Shown in pieces: positions 25,817 through 36,019 of a stretch of DNA of 36,032 nucleotides (positions are counted from its first letter, which is position 1; each line of letters opens with the position of its first letter). The stretch covers positions 1-36,032 of the forward strand of contig JBAQUE010000305.1 of the NCBI GenBank assembly GCA_049297315.1, written 5' to 3'. The translations under genes were made by a program, and so were the position numbers. The notes under the pieces were generated by a model, which had not been told where the DNA came from, did no database searches, and saw only the letters and a program-made list of their open reading frames with translations. This DNA is from Rugosibacter sp. (GTDB taxonomy: Bacteria; Pseudomonadota; Gammaproteobacteria; Burkholderiales; Rhodocyclaceae).

Positions 25817-27216
25817 TGGCGCTGCCTTTTCAAATCGTTGTGCTGTGGTCGGATGCGCTGCTGTTTGTGCTGCTGGTGGCCATCGTCGGCCTTGGCCTGT
25901 GGGCGCGGACGCAACCGGCCTTGCGTTTGGCCTGGCGGCGCGTAGCAGCAGATGCCGTAGCGATGGTATCGGCGACGATACTGGCGGTGTTTGTCCTCAT
26001 CGGCGTGCTTGACTCGCTGCATTACCGCGCCCGGTTGGATGCACAACCCGGGCAGGTAATTGCGCAGCAGCACTATGCCGTGGAAGTGAATTCAGCGCTG
26101 GATGCGTTGTTAGCACCTTTGCGCCTGCAGGTCGAAAAAACCTATTCGGCGCCGCTGGCGACGCATCTGTTTGCCAAGGAGGCCTTGCCGGGCTCCGAAA
26201 TACGTGACTTTCCCCGTTTGGTGTGGGGTGGCGCTCATCTGGGTGGGAAGCTGGATGCGCAGGCTGCTGACGTGGTCAGGCGGATTGTCTTCGGGCTGGT
26301 TGGTGGCTTGCTGGTATGGCTGGTGGTTTCGCGGTTGATGCGTGTGGTGATACAGCGCTGCTCAAGAAAAGTCGGCGATGGTGATACGGCGCACAAGCCG
26401 CCAGTCGCCCGACAAGCCGTGACGTTCACGCTGCTGGCGCTGTTCCTGCTGGCTGGCGTCACCATCACGCTGGGCAGCGGATACCACGTGCTGGGTACCG
26501 ACAAGGTCGGCCAGGATGTGCTTTACCTGTCCTTGAAAAGCATCCGTACCGGCTTGCTGATCGGCACGCTGACCACGCTGGTGATGCTGCCTGTCGCGAT
26601 TTTGCTTGGCATTTTGGCGGGATTCATGGGCGGCTGGATCGACGACCTGATCCAGTATCTGTACACCACGCTGAATTCCATTCCCGGCGTGCTGCTGATC
26701 GCGGCGGCCGTGCTGATGATGCAGGTTGTCATCGATACCCATCCGGAATGGTTTACCACCTCGGCCGAACGCGCCGATGCGCGCCTGCTGGCCTTGTGCC
26801 TGATACTCGGCATGACCAGCTGGACGGGGCTGGCGCGGCTGTTGCGCGGTGAAACGCTGAAGCTGCGCGAACTGGAATTTGTCCAGGCGGCGCGCGCCTT
26901 CGGCGTCGGCAACCTGGCCATCATGCGCCGCCACATCCTGCCCAATCTGATGCACATCGTGCTGATCGCGCTGGTCATGGACTTTTCCGGGCTGGTATTG
27001 GCCGAGGCCGTGCTGTCGTATGTCGGCGTGGGCGTTGATCCGTCGACGATTTCCTTTGGCACCATGATCAATGCCGCGCGCATGGAACTGGCGCGCGAGC
27101 CGATGGTGTGGTGGTCACTGGCGGCGGCCTTCAGTTTCATGTTCGTGCTGGTGCTCGCCGCGAATCTGTTCACCGATGCCCTGCGTGATGCCTTCGACCC
27201 GAGGACTACGAAATGA
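25813..27216 (+). CDS. Dpp/Opp-family ABC transporter permease (DppC/OppC-like, N-terminally extended)
   Basis: LGTDKVGQDV, EFVQAARAFG, RHILPN, EAVLSY.G.G, DALRDAFDPR. Confidence 0.92.
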   Translation: MMALPFQIVVLWSDALLFVLLVAIVGLGLWARTQPALRLAWRRVAADAVAMVSATILAVFVLIGVLDSLHYRARLDAQPGQVIAQQHYAVEVNSALDALLAPLRLQVEKTYSAPLATHLFAKEALPGSEIRDFPRLVWGGAHLGGKLDAQAADVVRRIVFGLVGGLLVWLVVSRLMRVVIQRCSRKVGDGDTAHKPPVARQAVTFTLLALFLLAGVTITLGSGYHVLGTDKVGQDVLYLSLKSIRTGLLIGTLTTLVMLPVAILLGILAGFMGGWIDDLIQYLYTTLNSIPGVLLIAAAVLMMQVVIDTHPEWFTTSAERADARLLALCLILGMTSWTGLARLLRGETLKLRELEFVQAARAFGVGNLAIMRRHILPNLMHIVLIALVMDFSGLVLAEAVLSYVGVGVDPSTISFGTMINAARMELAREPMVWWSLAAAFSFMFVLVLAANLFTDALRDAFDPRTTK

Positions 27217-29372
27217 GTTTGCTGACGGTTGAAGAACTGGTCATCGACATCGGCGCGGCGCGGCCGGTGGATGGAATTTCCTTCCACATCGACGCGGGCG
27301 AATGTTTTGCGCTGCTCGGTGAATCGGGTTGTGGCAAATCCATGACGGCGCTGGGCTTGCTGCGGCTCTTGCCCGCTGGCGCACGCATCAGCCAGGGCAA
27401 AATACGGTTTGACGGCGCCGACTTGCTGGCGCTGCCTGAACAGCGCATGCGCAGCGTACGTGGCGGCGGCATCGGCATGATTTTTCAGGAACCGGCGACC
27501 AGCCTGAATCCAGTGATGAGCGTCGGCCGCCAGATAGTCGAAGCGCTGGCGCTGCATGAACACATCAGCGATGCGGCAGCGCGTGCGCGCGCCGTGGAAC
27601 TGTTGACGCAAGTTGGCATTCCCGATCCGCTGCGGCGGCTGGACGAATTTCCCTTTCAGCTTTCCGGCGGCATGAAGCAGCGCGTGATGATCGCCATGGC
27701 GCTGGCCGGCCGGCCGCGGCTGTTGATCGCCGACGAGCCGACCACCGCGCTGGATGTCACGATCCAGGCGCAGGTGCTGGACGTGCTCGACGGCCTGCGC
27801 CGCGAGCAGGGCATGGCCGTGTTGCTGATCAGCCATGATCTCGGCGTGGTGGCGCGCATGGCGGACCGCATCGGCGTCATGTATGCCGGGCAACTGGTCG
27901 AGGAAGCGCCGCGTGCGCAGTTTTTCACCCATCCCGCGCATCCGTATTCGGTGCGCTTGTTCGCCGCCTTGCCCGATACGGCGCGGCATCGCGGACGGCT
28001 GGCGACGATCCCCGGCAGCGTGCCACCGGCCGATGCGCGGCATATCGGCTGCCGCTTTGCCGAGCGCTGTGAAAACGTCATGCCCCTCTGCCGTGAATCG
28101 CCACCGGTGTGGCGGCAGGTAGCGGTCGGCCAGCGCATGCGCTGCTTTTTGGAGCCGTCATTGGCCATCCAGAAAGTTATGCGGAGCGGTATCTTTGAAT
28201 CCGTCTCTGGACACTCGGACGGCGCTGATGATACAACTGCGCTACAGGGCGGTCGAGCAAAAAACGCTCTGATAAAGCCCCTGCGCAGCAGGGCGGTCGA
28301 GCAAAGTACGCTCTTCTCGCCGCTGCGGATCCGCGCCGTAGCGGATGGCGATACGGCGAGTGAACTACTAAGGGCTGCTGAAGGCATGGCCCCCTTGCTC
28401 AGCGTCGCCGGTTTGCGCGTGCATTTCCCGATCCGGCGCGGCATTTTGCAGCGCACGGTAGGCCATGTGCGCGCAGTGGATGGCGTGAGTTTGCAACTAC
28501 AGCGGGGACGCACGCTGGCGCTGGTCGGCGAATCCGGCTGTGGCAAGACCACGGTCGGCAAGGCGATTTTGCAACTGCCGTCACCCACGGCCGGGATGGT
28601 GCAATTGGATGGCGCCGAACTGACCCGTTTGTCAGCCAGCGAATTGCGCCCGTTGCGCGCCCGGATGCAGATGGTTTTTCAGGATCCGTTTGCCTCGCTC
28701 AACCCGCGCCTGCGCATCGGCGACATCATCACTGAAGGCATGCAGGCGCTGGGCCTGGACACTGGCGAGCAACGCATTGCCGAGCTATTGGCGCAAGTCG
28801 GCCTGTACGCCGCGATGGCTGGCCGCTATCCGCACGAATTCTCCGGCGGCCAGCGCCAGCGTATCGCGATTGCGCGTGCCCTAGCGGTAAAGCCGGAACT
28901 GCTGATTTGCGATGAACCAACCAGCGCGCTGGATGTGTCGGTGCAGGCGCAAATCCTCAATCTGCTGTCTGATTTGCAGCGCGAACTGGGGCTGGCCTAT
29001 TTGTTCATCACACACAACATCGGCGTCGTGGATTATCTGGCGCATGATGTCGCCGTGATGTATCTCGGCCGTATTGTCGAGCGCGGCGCGACCGATGAGG
29101 TTTTGCGTAACCCGCAACATCCCTACACCCAGGCGTTGCTATCAGCCGTGCTGACGCTGGACGATGACGACAAACCCAAGGCGCCGCTGGCCGGTGACAT
29201 GCCCTCACCCGCCAATCCGCCGGCCGGCTGCCATTTTCACCCGCGCTGCCCGCTGGCCGATGCAGCTTGTCGGCAGACATATCCGGCGGAAACGATGCTC
29301 AGCGCGACGCATGGCGTGCACTGTTTGAAAGTAGTGACCGATAACCCGGATGTTTCACGATCAATGTGGTGA
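27213..29372 (+). CDS. Fused double ABC ATPase (DppD-DppF type) with two oligopeptide C-terminal Cys domains
   Basis: Two Walker A ([16 protein letters not shown]), LSGGM/FSGGQ, DEPT, HPY and GC.F..RC motifs. Confidence 0.95.
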   Translation: MSLLTVEELVIDIGAARPVDGISFHIDAGECFALLGESGCGKSMTALGLLRLLPAGARISQGKIRFDGADLLALPEQRMRSVRGGGIGMIFQEPATSLNPVMSVGRQIVEALALHEHISDAAARARAVELLTQVGIPDPLRRLDEFPFQLSGGMKQRVMIAMALAGRPRLLIADEPTTALDVTIQAQVLDVLDGLRREQGMAVLLISHDLGVVARMADRIGVMYAGQLVEEAPRAQFFTHPAHPYSVRLFAALPDTARHRGRLATIPGSVPPADARHIGCRFAERCENVMPLCRESPPVWRQVAVGQRMRCFLEPSLAIQKVMRSGIFESVSGHSDGADDTTALQGGRAKNALIKPLRSRAVEQSTLFSPLRIRAVADGDTASELLRAAEGMAPLLSVAGLRVHFPIRRGILQRTVGHVRAVDGVSLQLQRGRTLALVGESGCGKTTVGKAILQLPSPTAGMVQLDGAELTRLSASELRPLRARMQMVFQDPFASLNPRLRIGDIITEGMQALGLDTGEQRIAELLAQVGLYAAMAGRYPHEFSGGQRQRIAIARALAVKPELLICDEPTSALDVSVQAQILNLLSDLQRELGLAYLFITHNIGVVDYLAHDVAVMYLGRIVERGATDEVLRNPQHPYTQALLSAVLTLDDDDKPKAPLAGDMPSPANPPAGCHFHPRCPLADAACRQTYPAETMLSATHGVHCLKVVTDNPDVSRSMW
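28237..28360. repeat. Intragenic 34-bp direct repeats plus nested hairpin in the ABC inter-domain linker
   Basis: 28237-28270 and 28281-28314 are 30/34 identical; CTCGCCG...CGGCGAG nested stem at 28316-28360. Confidence 0.75.
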
Positions 29373-29451
29373 GAATTCGTTTCATCAGGAGTCTCGGTAC
29401 AGTCAGGCGGCCCGGCGCATAGCCTTTGTCTTGAGAAAGACCAAAGATTCT

Positions 29452-30735
29452 CTACTGGTTGGAATGGAAGGCTCGGGATAACTGCTGATACAGCTCGGGC
29501 CCCAGCCTGGAGCTGACGGCTTTTGCAATCAGGGCGATGGACATCAGGCTGATGACCATGCCATGGCCATCGATCATTTCCATCACGATAATGGCTGAGG
29601 TAATTGGCGCCTGGGTTACTGCCGCAAGAAATCCGGCCATACACAAGGCCATAAAGGGAATCGCGCTAGACCCAATCCCCAGGAAGTTTGCGGCATTGGC
29701 TCCCAGCGACGCACCGATGGCGAGAGCCGGTGCAAAGATTCCGCCGGGAATTCCTGAGTAGTAGGTCGTTATTGTGGCGACAAAACGTGCAATGGGGGTG
29801 TACCAAGGAAGGGTGATTTCTCCGGCAACCACCTTGGTGGTAATGATATATCCGCTACCGTAGGACACGCCGCCACTGATCCAGCCAATGCTTGCAATGA
29901 CCAAGCCGCACCCGCCGGCAAAAAGCACCGGATGAGTGGCGCGCCATTGCCACAAGGTTAGATGAGGTTTTTTTTGCGGCCAGAGCAATAGTTGGCTGAA
30001 TATTCCCCCCAGCAGGCCGCACATAATGCCGCCCAAAATAACGGGCATAATGATTTCAACGCCTATATCGCCTACTTTAAGATGACCAAAGTAATTGTAA
30101 TTACCTGCTAATGCTGTTGAAACCAGGCCAGCCAGAATTATCGTGCTAAGCAGGACGCCACTTGTCCGAGTCTCAAGTTTTCGCCCAAGTTCCTCAACGA
30201 CAAAAACAATCCCTGCCAAGGGCGTATTGAATGCGGCAGCAATTCCAGCGGCACCTCCCGCCAAGATCAAATCTGAAGGACGGATCATCCGCGCGTCAGG
30301 AAAAAACCGATGGAAGAAGTGCAGGATCGAAGCCGCCACCTGAACCGAAGGCCCTTCCTTGCCAGCGGAGAACCCTCCGAGCAAAGCCAATGCGCCGAGG
30401 AAAATTTTGCCAGTCGCAATGCGTAGTGAGACCAGTGAATCGACTGCATGACCGTGAATAGCTAACCGGCGTGCTGCAATGACCTGGGGAATCCCGCTTC
30501 CCTGGCCACCGGGAAAGTATTTTTCGGTTAGCCAAACGACCAGCATTCCGATCAGAGGCCCTAACAGGAATGGCAGCCAGGGGCGGCCTGATATGATGAA
30601 AAAGAAAAATGCCAGTGAGGTATCAGCAAGTTTGGCGAAACCCACAATGATGGCGCCACTGCATATCGCTGCGATCCAGAGCGTTAGCCGAATCCGCCAG
30701 CGTCTGGCGCTAAGCCGGCCCTTAAAAAGGTTCAT
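29452..30735 (-). CDS. ClC-family chloride/proton antiporter (no CBS domains)
   Basis: GSGIP, GKEGP, AAAFNTPLAG..F..EE, GIFAP, terminal LY. Confidence 0.93.
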   Translation of the reverse strand: MNLFKGRLSARRWRIRLTLWIAAICSGAIIVGFAKLADTSLAFFFFIISGRPWLPFLLGPLIGMLVVWLTEKYFPGGQGSGIPQVIAARRLAIHGHAVDSLVSLRIATGKIFLGALALLGGFSAGKEGPSVQVAASILHFFHRFFPDARMIRPSDLILAGGAAGIAAAFNTPLAGIVFVVEELGRKLETRTSGVLLSTIILAGLVSTALAGNYNYFGHLKVGDIGVEIIMPVILGGIMCGLLGGIFSQLLLWPQKKPHLTLWQWRATHPVLFAGGCGLVIASIGWISGGVSYGSGYIITTKVVAGEITLPWYTPIARFVATITTYYSGIPGGIFAPALAIGASLGANAANFLGIGSSAIPFMALCMAGFLAAVTQAPITSAIIVMEMIDGHGMVISLMSIALIAKAVSSRLGPELYQQLSRAFHSNQ

Positions 30736-30886
30736 TTTTCATGCCAATTTGTCTAGCTGCAATCATCCGCTGATGGTAAGCCTCATTGAAGTGAAAATTC
30801 TTCGCCATATAGAGGTAAGCCGAATTGAGTAAGCTGAATCCTTAACTTCAACCACATTCTGCTAAACCATCCAGTTTCCGGATTGG

Positions 30887-32206
30887 CTAGCGCCGCTTGC
30901 GCTTGGTCGATCCTTTCGCTGCTAGTCTTTTGCTTTTCACGGTGACATGCGTGCGCTTGTGGCCAGATGTTTTGGCTTTTCTCTCAGGTGCTGCCTGCGG
31001 CATCTGCGCGGCGAGCGCATCGCTGACAATGGCATCCTTGCCCGGTACCAGCAGGGCGAATCCGGGATAAACTTTTGTGCGTCGGGTCAGACCATTCAAT
31101 TGCTTGAGGCGCGTCAGACTCAAGCCATGACGCCGTGCCACGCTATCCAGTTTTTCCCCCTTGGACAGCGTGTAAGTGCGCCAGGCAGATAACGGCTTGT
31201 CTTGCGCTTCGTGGTCTTGCAGGTTGTCCAGGTAAGTCTGTACCTTGTCGGCGGGCAATACGAGCGGGCTGTTGGCGCTGTCGGGCATCACCGGGCGGTT
31301 GTAGGCCGGGTTGAGCGCGAGAAATTCGGTCATCGGAATGCCAGCCAGGCGCGCGGCCAATGCCACGTCCATGTCGCCATTGCGTTCCACGACGCTGAAA
31401 TAGGGTTGGTTGGGAATGGGCTCCAGCGCGATGCCGAAGAGTTGCGGATTGGCCACGATGTTCTTGATGGCTTGCAGCTTGGGGACGTAATTGCGCGTTT
31501 CACCCGGCATATTCAAGTGCGCGTAATCCGCTGGCAGTCCTTTGGCGCTGTTTTTCGCAATGGCGCGGGCGACAGCGCCTTCGCCCCAGTTGTAGGAAGC
31601 CAGCGCCAGTTGCCAGTCGCCATGCATTTCATAGATGTACTGCAAATAATCCAGCGCAGCATTGGTCGAGGCGACGATGTCGCGGCGTTCGTCGAACCAG
31701 ATGTTCTGCTTGAGGTTGTAGTTCTTTCCGGTAGATGGGATGAACTGCCAGATGCCCAGCGCACGGGCGGGCGACCTGGCCTGCGGGTTGTAGGCGCTCT
31801 CGATGATGGGCAGCAAGGCCAGCTCGGCCGGCATGCCGCGTATTTCGAGTTCGCTGGTGATGTAATACAGATAGCGCTGGGCGCGCTCGAACACGCGTTG
31901 CAGGTACTGCGGATGGTTCAGGTACCAGGCCTGCTGATTGGCCACCAGCGGGCTATCCAGGTCGGGCATGGCGAAGCCATTGCGTACGCGCTGCCACAGA
32001 TCATCCGGTGGCGTGGTCAGGTCTATGGTCGGGATGGCCGGCGGGTCTTCTTCCACTTCCTGCGTGGCGAGGGGAACCGGGGTGTGCAGCGTCGATGTCT
32101 TTATATCGTTCACCAGTGGTGGCGGTGATTGCTGGATGGGCTCGGTGGATGCATTTGCGATGAGCGCAGGCAGCGAGAAAAAAATACAGGATAAAAATAA
32201 ACGCAT
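30887..32206 (-). CDS. mltD: Lytic murein transglycosylase D (SLT + LysM)
   Basis: LPIIES.YNP.A.S, G.WQFIP.TG, ASYNWGEG, ETRNYVPK, one LysM domain, basic tail. Confidence 0.92.
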   Translation of the reverse strand: MRLFLSCIFFSLPALIANASTEPIQQSPPPLVNDIKTSTLHTPVPLATQEVEEDPPAIPTIDLTTPPDDLWQRVRNGFAMPDLDSPLVANQQAWYLNHPQYLQRVFERAQRYLYYITSELEIRGMPAELALLPIIESAYNPQARSPARALGIWQFIPSTGKNYNLKQNIWFDERRDIVASTNAALDYLQYIYEMHGDWQLALASYNWGEGAVARAIAKNSAKGLPADYAHLNMPGETRNYVPKLQAIKNIVANPQLFGIALEPIPNQPYFSVVERNGDMDVALAARLAGIPMTEFLALNPAYNRPVMPDSANSPLVLPADKVQTYLDNLQDHEAQDKPLSAWRTYTLSKGEKLDSVARRHGLSLTRLKQLNGLTRRTKVYPGFALLVPGKDAIVSDALAAQMPQAAPERKAKTSGHKRTHVTVKSKRLAAKGSTKRKRR

Positions 32207-32333
32207 CAGTCAGTAGAGAACCGGAAAATAGTCAGCATGCGGCGAAGCCGCCGCCAAGAGGAATTCGGGAAGGGTTCCGCGTCAAAAAACGGGAAACCCG
32301 GCGGGAGATACGGCGCCTTGGGCCGGGTACCGC

Positions 32334-32362
32334 ATCTTAGCCACCTGTCAGCAGCAGGTCAA
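32334..32362 (-). promoter_or_regulatory. Candidate sigma70 promoter of mltD
   Basis: TTGACC-N17-TAAGAT on the minus strand. Confidence 0.6.
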
Positions 32363-32402
32363 ACCCGTCGCAGAACGGTTGATGCGCTTTGCGCGACACG
32401 GC

Positions 32403-33197
32403 TCAGAAATGGTTTTTCCATTCGCGTATGGCGGCAAAGGTTTCCAGCGCATTGATTGGCACATGTCCAAGCCGGGCGGTTGCGGCGGCGCGCACGGCAG
32501 GTGCGTCGGAACGCAGGAAGGGATTGGTTTCCAGCTCCAGGCCAATTCGGGTCGGCACCGTGAATTCGCCAGCGGCGCGGGCGGCGGCAACGTCTTTGCT
32601 GCGTTGCTGGATGGCTGGATTATCCGGCTCGACGGCGAGCGCAAAGCGCAGGTTGGCCGCCGTGTATTCATGCGTGCAATACGCCAAAGTCGGCTCTGGC
32701 AGGACGGCGAGTTTGCTTAAAGAGGCATGCATTTGCGCCGGCGTGCCTTCAAAGATGCGTCCGCAACCGGCGGCGAACAGCGTATCGCCGCACAGCACTG
32801 CGCCCGCATCGCCGATGCCTGGCCCATAATAGGCGATATGCCCCAGCGTATGGCCGGGGACGGTGATGACGTCAAGTTCGGTATCGATGGCGGGCAGGCG
32901 GATATGTTCGCCGCCGTGCAGAGGATGGGTAACCGTGGCGATATTCTCGCTGGCCGGGCCATACACGGCGGCCGGATGATGCGCGATAATTTCACCGATG
33001 CCGCCAATGTGGTCGGCATGATAATGCGTGACCAGCACGGCGCACAGGCGATCACCGCTTTTTGCCAGATAATCGAGTACCGGCGCGGCGTCACCCGGAT
33101 CGACGACGGCGACATTGCCGGCATGGCGCAACACCCAGATATAGTTGTCCGTGAAAGCGGGCAGGGCGAAGAGTTCTACCGCAGATTTTTTTGTCAT
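32403..33197 (-). CDS. gloB: Hydroxyacylglutathione hydrolase (glyoxalase II)
   Basis: PAFTDNYIW, THYHADHIGG, GHT.GH, GDTLFAAGCGR.FEG, HEYT..NL.FA, E..TNPFLR. Confidence 0.95.
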   Translation of the reverse strand: MTKKSAVELFALPAFTDNYIWVLRHAGNVAVVDPGDAAPVLDYLAKSGDRLCAVLVTHYHADHIGGIGEIIAHHPAAVYGPASENIATVTHPLHGGEHIRLPAIDTELDVITVPGHTLGHIAYYGPGIGDAGAVLCGDTLFAAGCGRIFEGTPAQMHASLSKLAVLPEPTLAYCTHEYTAANLRFALAVEPDNPAIQQRSKDVAAARAAGEFTVPTRIGLELETNPFLRSDAPAVRAAATARLGHVPINALETFAAIREWKNHF

Positions 33198-33222
33198 TGT
33201 TTCAATCTCCAAACGGATCACG

Positions 33223-33948
33223 ATGTCAATTCAAGGTTTCGAAGAATGGCTGGAAACACCGGCAGGCCAGTATGTGCTGGACTGGGAGCAGAAGAAACAC
33301 GACTTGCTGGTCGCCGATGTGTTTGGCTTCAATGCCATGCAACTCTCCCTCCCGCGCCACGATTTTCTGCGCGCCAACCGCATGCCGCTGCGCTTCCGTT
33401 GCGACGACGGGCGCTATGCCGGTACGGCTGACACGCTGGCCGACCTGCATTATCTGCCTTTTGCGGCCAACAGTCTCGATCTGGTGGTGCTGCCCCACAC
33501 GCTGGAGTTCGATGCCCATCCGCATCAGGTGTTGCGCGAGGTGGAACGGGTGCTGGCGCCGGAAGGCCAGGTCATTGTGACCGGCTTCAATCCATTTAGT
33601 TTATGGGGTGCGAAACGCAAGCTCTCGCGGCGCACTGCGGTGCCGCCCTGGCGCGGTGCTTATCTGAGCGTGCCGCGCCTGAAGGACTGGTTTACCCTGC
33701 TCGGTTTTGAAATGCAGGCCGGCGCGTTCGGCTGTTATGCGCCCGCCGTGACGCAGGAAAAATGGTTGCGCCGCTTCCGCTTCATGGATGCGGCAGGCGA
33801 CCGCTGGTGGCCCATCGCCGGCGCCGTGTATATCATCCAGGCAGTCAAGCGGCAACATGGCATGCGCCTGATTACGCCTGTCTGGCAAGACCGCAAGGCG
33901 CGCGCCAAGGCGCTGGTGAGCGTTACCCGCAAAGTGGAAAAAACTTGA
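33223..33948 (+). CDS. YafS-like class I SAM-dependent methyltransferase
   Basis: [16 protein letters not shown]...PHQVLRE..RVL.PEG...GFNP.SLWG; conserved gloB/yafS/rnhA context; start MSIQG at 33223. Confidence 0.88.
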   Translation: MSIQGFEEWLETPAGQYVLDWEQKKHDLLVADVFGFNAMQLSLPRHDFLRANRMPLRFRCDDGRYAGTADTLADLHYLPFAANSLDLVVLPHTLEFDAHPHQVLREVERVLAPEGQVIVTGFNPFSLWGAKRKLSRRTAVPPWRGAYLSVPRLKDWFTLLGFEMQAGAFGCYAPAVTQEKWLRRFRFMDAAGDRWWPIAGAVYIIQAVKRQHGMRLITPVWQDRKARAKALVSVTRKVEKT

Positions 33949-33965
33949 ACAATGAAAGCAAACCG

Positions 33966-34403
33966 ATGATTGATATTTTTACCGATGGCGCATGCAGCGG
34001 CAATCCCGGCCCCGGCGGCTGGGGCGCGATTTTGCGGATGGATGAGAAGGAGAAGGAACTGTTCGGCGGCGCAGCACAAACCACCAATAACCGGATGGAA
34101 ATGATGGCCGTCATCGAAGCGCTGAAAGCGCTCAAGTCGACGGCCACCGCACGGGTACATACTGACTCGCAATATGTGCAGAAAGGCATCAGCGAATGGA
34201 TCCACAACTGGAAACGCCGTGGCTGGAAAACGGCCACCAGGGAGCCGGTGAAGAATGCCGACCTGTGGCGCGAGCTGGACCATCTGGCCAGCCAGCACAA
34301 GATTGAATGGATCTGGGTCAAGGGGCATGCCGGCCATGCCGAAAACGAACGCGCCGACGCCCTGGCGCGGCGTGGTGTCGAATTGGCGCGCGCGGGGAAA
34401 TAG
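33966..34403 (+). CDS. rnhA: Ribonuclease HI
   Basis: [48 protein letters not shown]. Confidence 0.97.
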   Translation: MIDIFTDGACSGNPGPGGWGAILRMDEKEKELFGGAAQTTNNRMEMMAVIEALKALKSTATARVHTDSQYVQKGISEWIHNWKRRGWKTATREPVKNADLWRELDHLASQHKIEWIWVKGHAGHAENERADALARRGVELARAGK

Positions 34404-34406
34404 GCC

Positions 34407-35096
34407 ATGCGCAAAATTATTCTGGATACCGAAACCACCGGGCTGGACTTCCGCACCGGCGACCGCGTCATCGAAATCGGCTGCGTCGAAATGCTCAGCC
34501 GCCAGTTGAGCGGTGTGCGCTTCCATAAATACATCAACCCCGAACGCGATGTGCCCGCCGGTGCGGTGGCCATTCACGGCCTGACCAGCGATTTTCTGGC
34601 GGACAAGCCAAAGTTCGCCGACATTGCCGAGGAGTTCATCGCCTTCGTGCGCGGCGCCGAACTCATCATCCACAATGCGCCGTTTGATACGGGTTTCCTG
34701 AATCATGAACTCGGCCTGATGCGGCGCGAAAATCTCGACCAACTGTGTAGCGGCGTGACCGACACGCTGCGCATGGCGCGCGATCTGCGGCCAGGAAAAC
34801 GGGCCAGCCTGGATGTGCTGTGCGGCGAATTCGGCATCAACAACACACACCGCACACTGCACGGCGCCTTGCTGGATGCCGAACTGCTGGCCGAGGTCTA
34901 TCTGGCCATGACGCGCGGGCAGAATACGCTGACCATGGATTTCGCCGCGCCGGCAGCCAATATGACCACGGTCGGCGCCAGCGAGCGGCCGCTGCTCAAA
35001 GTGGTGCGCGCCTGCGATGCCGAGCTGGCCGAGCACGCGCGTGTCCTGACCGAGATTGGCAAGGAAAGCAAAGGCAAATGCCTATGGATGGCATGA
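34407..35096 (+). CDS. dnaQ: DNA polymerase III epsilon subunit
   Basis: DTETTG, HNAPFD, HGALLDA, C-terminal EL..H tail. Confidence 0.97.
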   Translation: MRKIILDTETTGLDFRTGDRVIEIGCVEMLSRQLSGVRFHKYINPERDVPAGAVAIHGLTSDFLADKPKFADIAEEFIAFVRGAELIIHNAPFDTGFLNHELGLMRRENLDQLCSGVTDTLRMARDLRPGKRASLDVLCGEFGINNTHRTLHGALLDAELLAEVYLAMTRGQNTLTMDFAAPAANMTTVGASERPLLKVVRACDAELAEHARVLTEIGKESKGKCLWMA

Positions 35097-35143
35097 TGCA
35101 TACCGCAGTCGCGAATTGTGAACAAACTTCAATTGGAAAGAAA

Positions 35144-36019
35144 ATGGAAAATCAAGTCATCGAAAGCACTGGTAATGAATGGGGAGAAAATCCGGCACAA
35201 GCAGCTTTTCCTGAGTTGCTGGAAGCAGGCAAGGTGCTGTATTTCCGCGGACTTGAGTTTGAAATTTCAGCAGGGGAGAGGCGCTTTTTCACGCCGCAAA
35301 TAAAGCATCCCAAATCACGGAATATCAGTCTGGATAACCAAGGACGTTTAGCGGGATCCACCGGAGATGCTGGCGTACAAGAGGAACTCGGTGCGCTGCT
35401 TGGGCGCTTCCGCTCATGCGCGCAAACACTCATCCATAGCCGCTTCCCTCTCTATAAAAATCACTTGCGCATGGCGCCGACCAGCTTCCGTCCCTTGGAG
35501 GTCGCATCGCGTGTGCAATCCGTGCGCGCCGATGACCGTCGCTTGCACATTGATGCTTTTCCCTCACGGCCGAATTACGGCGAACGCATCCTGCGGGTTT
35601 TTATCAATGTAAACCCGCATGGCGTGCCGCGTGTATGGCGGGTCGGGGAGCCTTTTGAGAGAATTGCGCAAAGGTATCTTGCGGATGTTGAACCTTATTC
35701 CCGCAGGCGTGCGCAAATTATCAACGCGCTGGGTATCACCAAATCATTGCGCAGCGAATACGATCATCTGATGCTAAAACTGCATGATGCGATGAAGTCT
35801 GATCTGGAATATCAGCAGAACTCACCGCAGGTCAGCATTCCTTTCCCGTCTGGGGCAGTATGGGTTTGTTTTTCCGATCAGGCATCGCACGCGGTGATGT
35901 CAGGCCAATACATGATGGAACAGACCTTCCATTTACCGGCGACTGAGCAATATCAGCCGGAATCCAGCCCGCTGGCGATTCTCAGGCGACTGACCGGGCG
36001 GGAACTGGTAAATAGCTGA
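35144..36019 (+). CDS. kdoO: Kdo 3-hydroxylase (Fe(II)/2-oxoglutarate-dependent) family protein
   Basis: LE.GKVLYF, DDRRLHIDAFPSRPNYGERILRVF.N.NP, RSEYDHLML.LHD.MK, FSDQ.SHA.MSGQ; start MENQ at 35144. Confidence 0.85.
   Translation: MENQVIESTGNEWGENPAQAAFPELLEAGKVLYFRGLEFEISAGERRFFTPQIKHPKSRNISLDNQGRLAGSTGDAGVQEELGALLGRFRSCAQTLIHSRFPLYKNHLRMAPTSFRPLEVASRVQSVRADDRRLHIDAFPSRPNYGERILRVFINVNPHGVPRVWRVGEPFERIAQRYLADVEPYSRRRAQIINALGITKSLRSEYDHLMLKLHDAMKSDLEYQQNSPQVSIPFPSGAVWVCFSDQASHAVMSGQYMMEQTFHLPATEQYQPESSPLAILRRLTGRELVNS

Noticed and set aside
26523..28043. 506-aa antisense ORF (similar cases at 11771-12964, 22975-24150, 33735-35036, 21709-22719 and 31202-32128)
   Set aside because: Shadow ORFs opposite conserved genes, expected in high-GC DNA; they have no recognisable motifs
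32355..32390. c-di-GMP-I riboswitch-like GGTCAAACCC...
   Set aside because: It lacks the GNRA/receptor and P2 consensus, and the sequence is better explained as the mltD -35 region on the opposite strand
34820..35143. Apparent 108-aa N-terminal extension of KdoO overlapping dnaQ
   Set aside because: It is an alternative frame of dnaQ; homology-like sequence begins near ATG 35144, which has a purine-rich SD region
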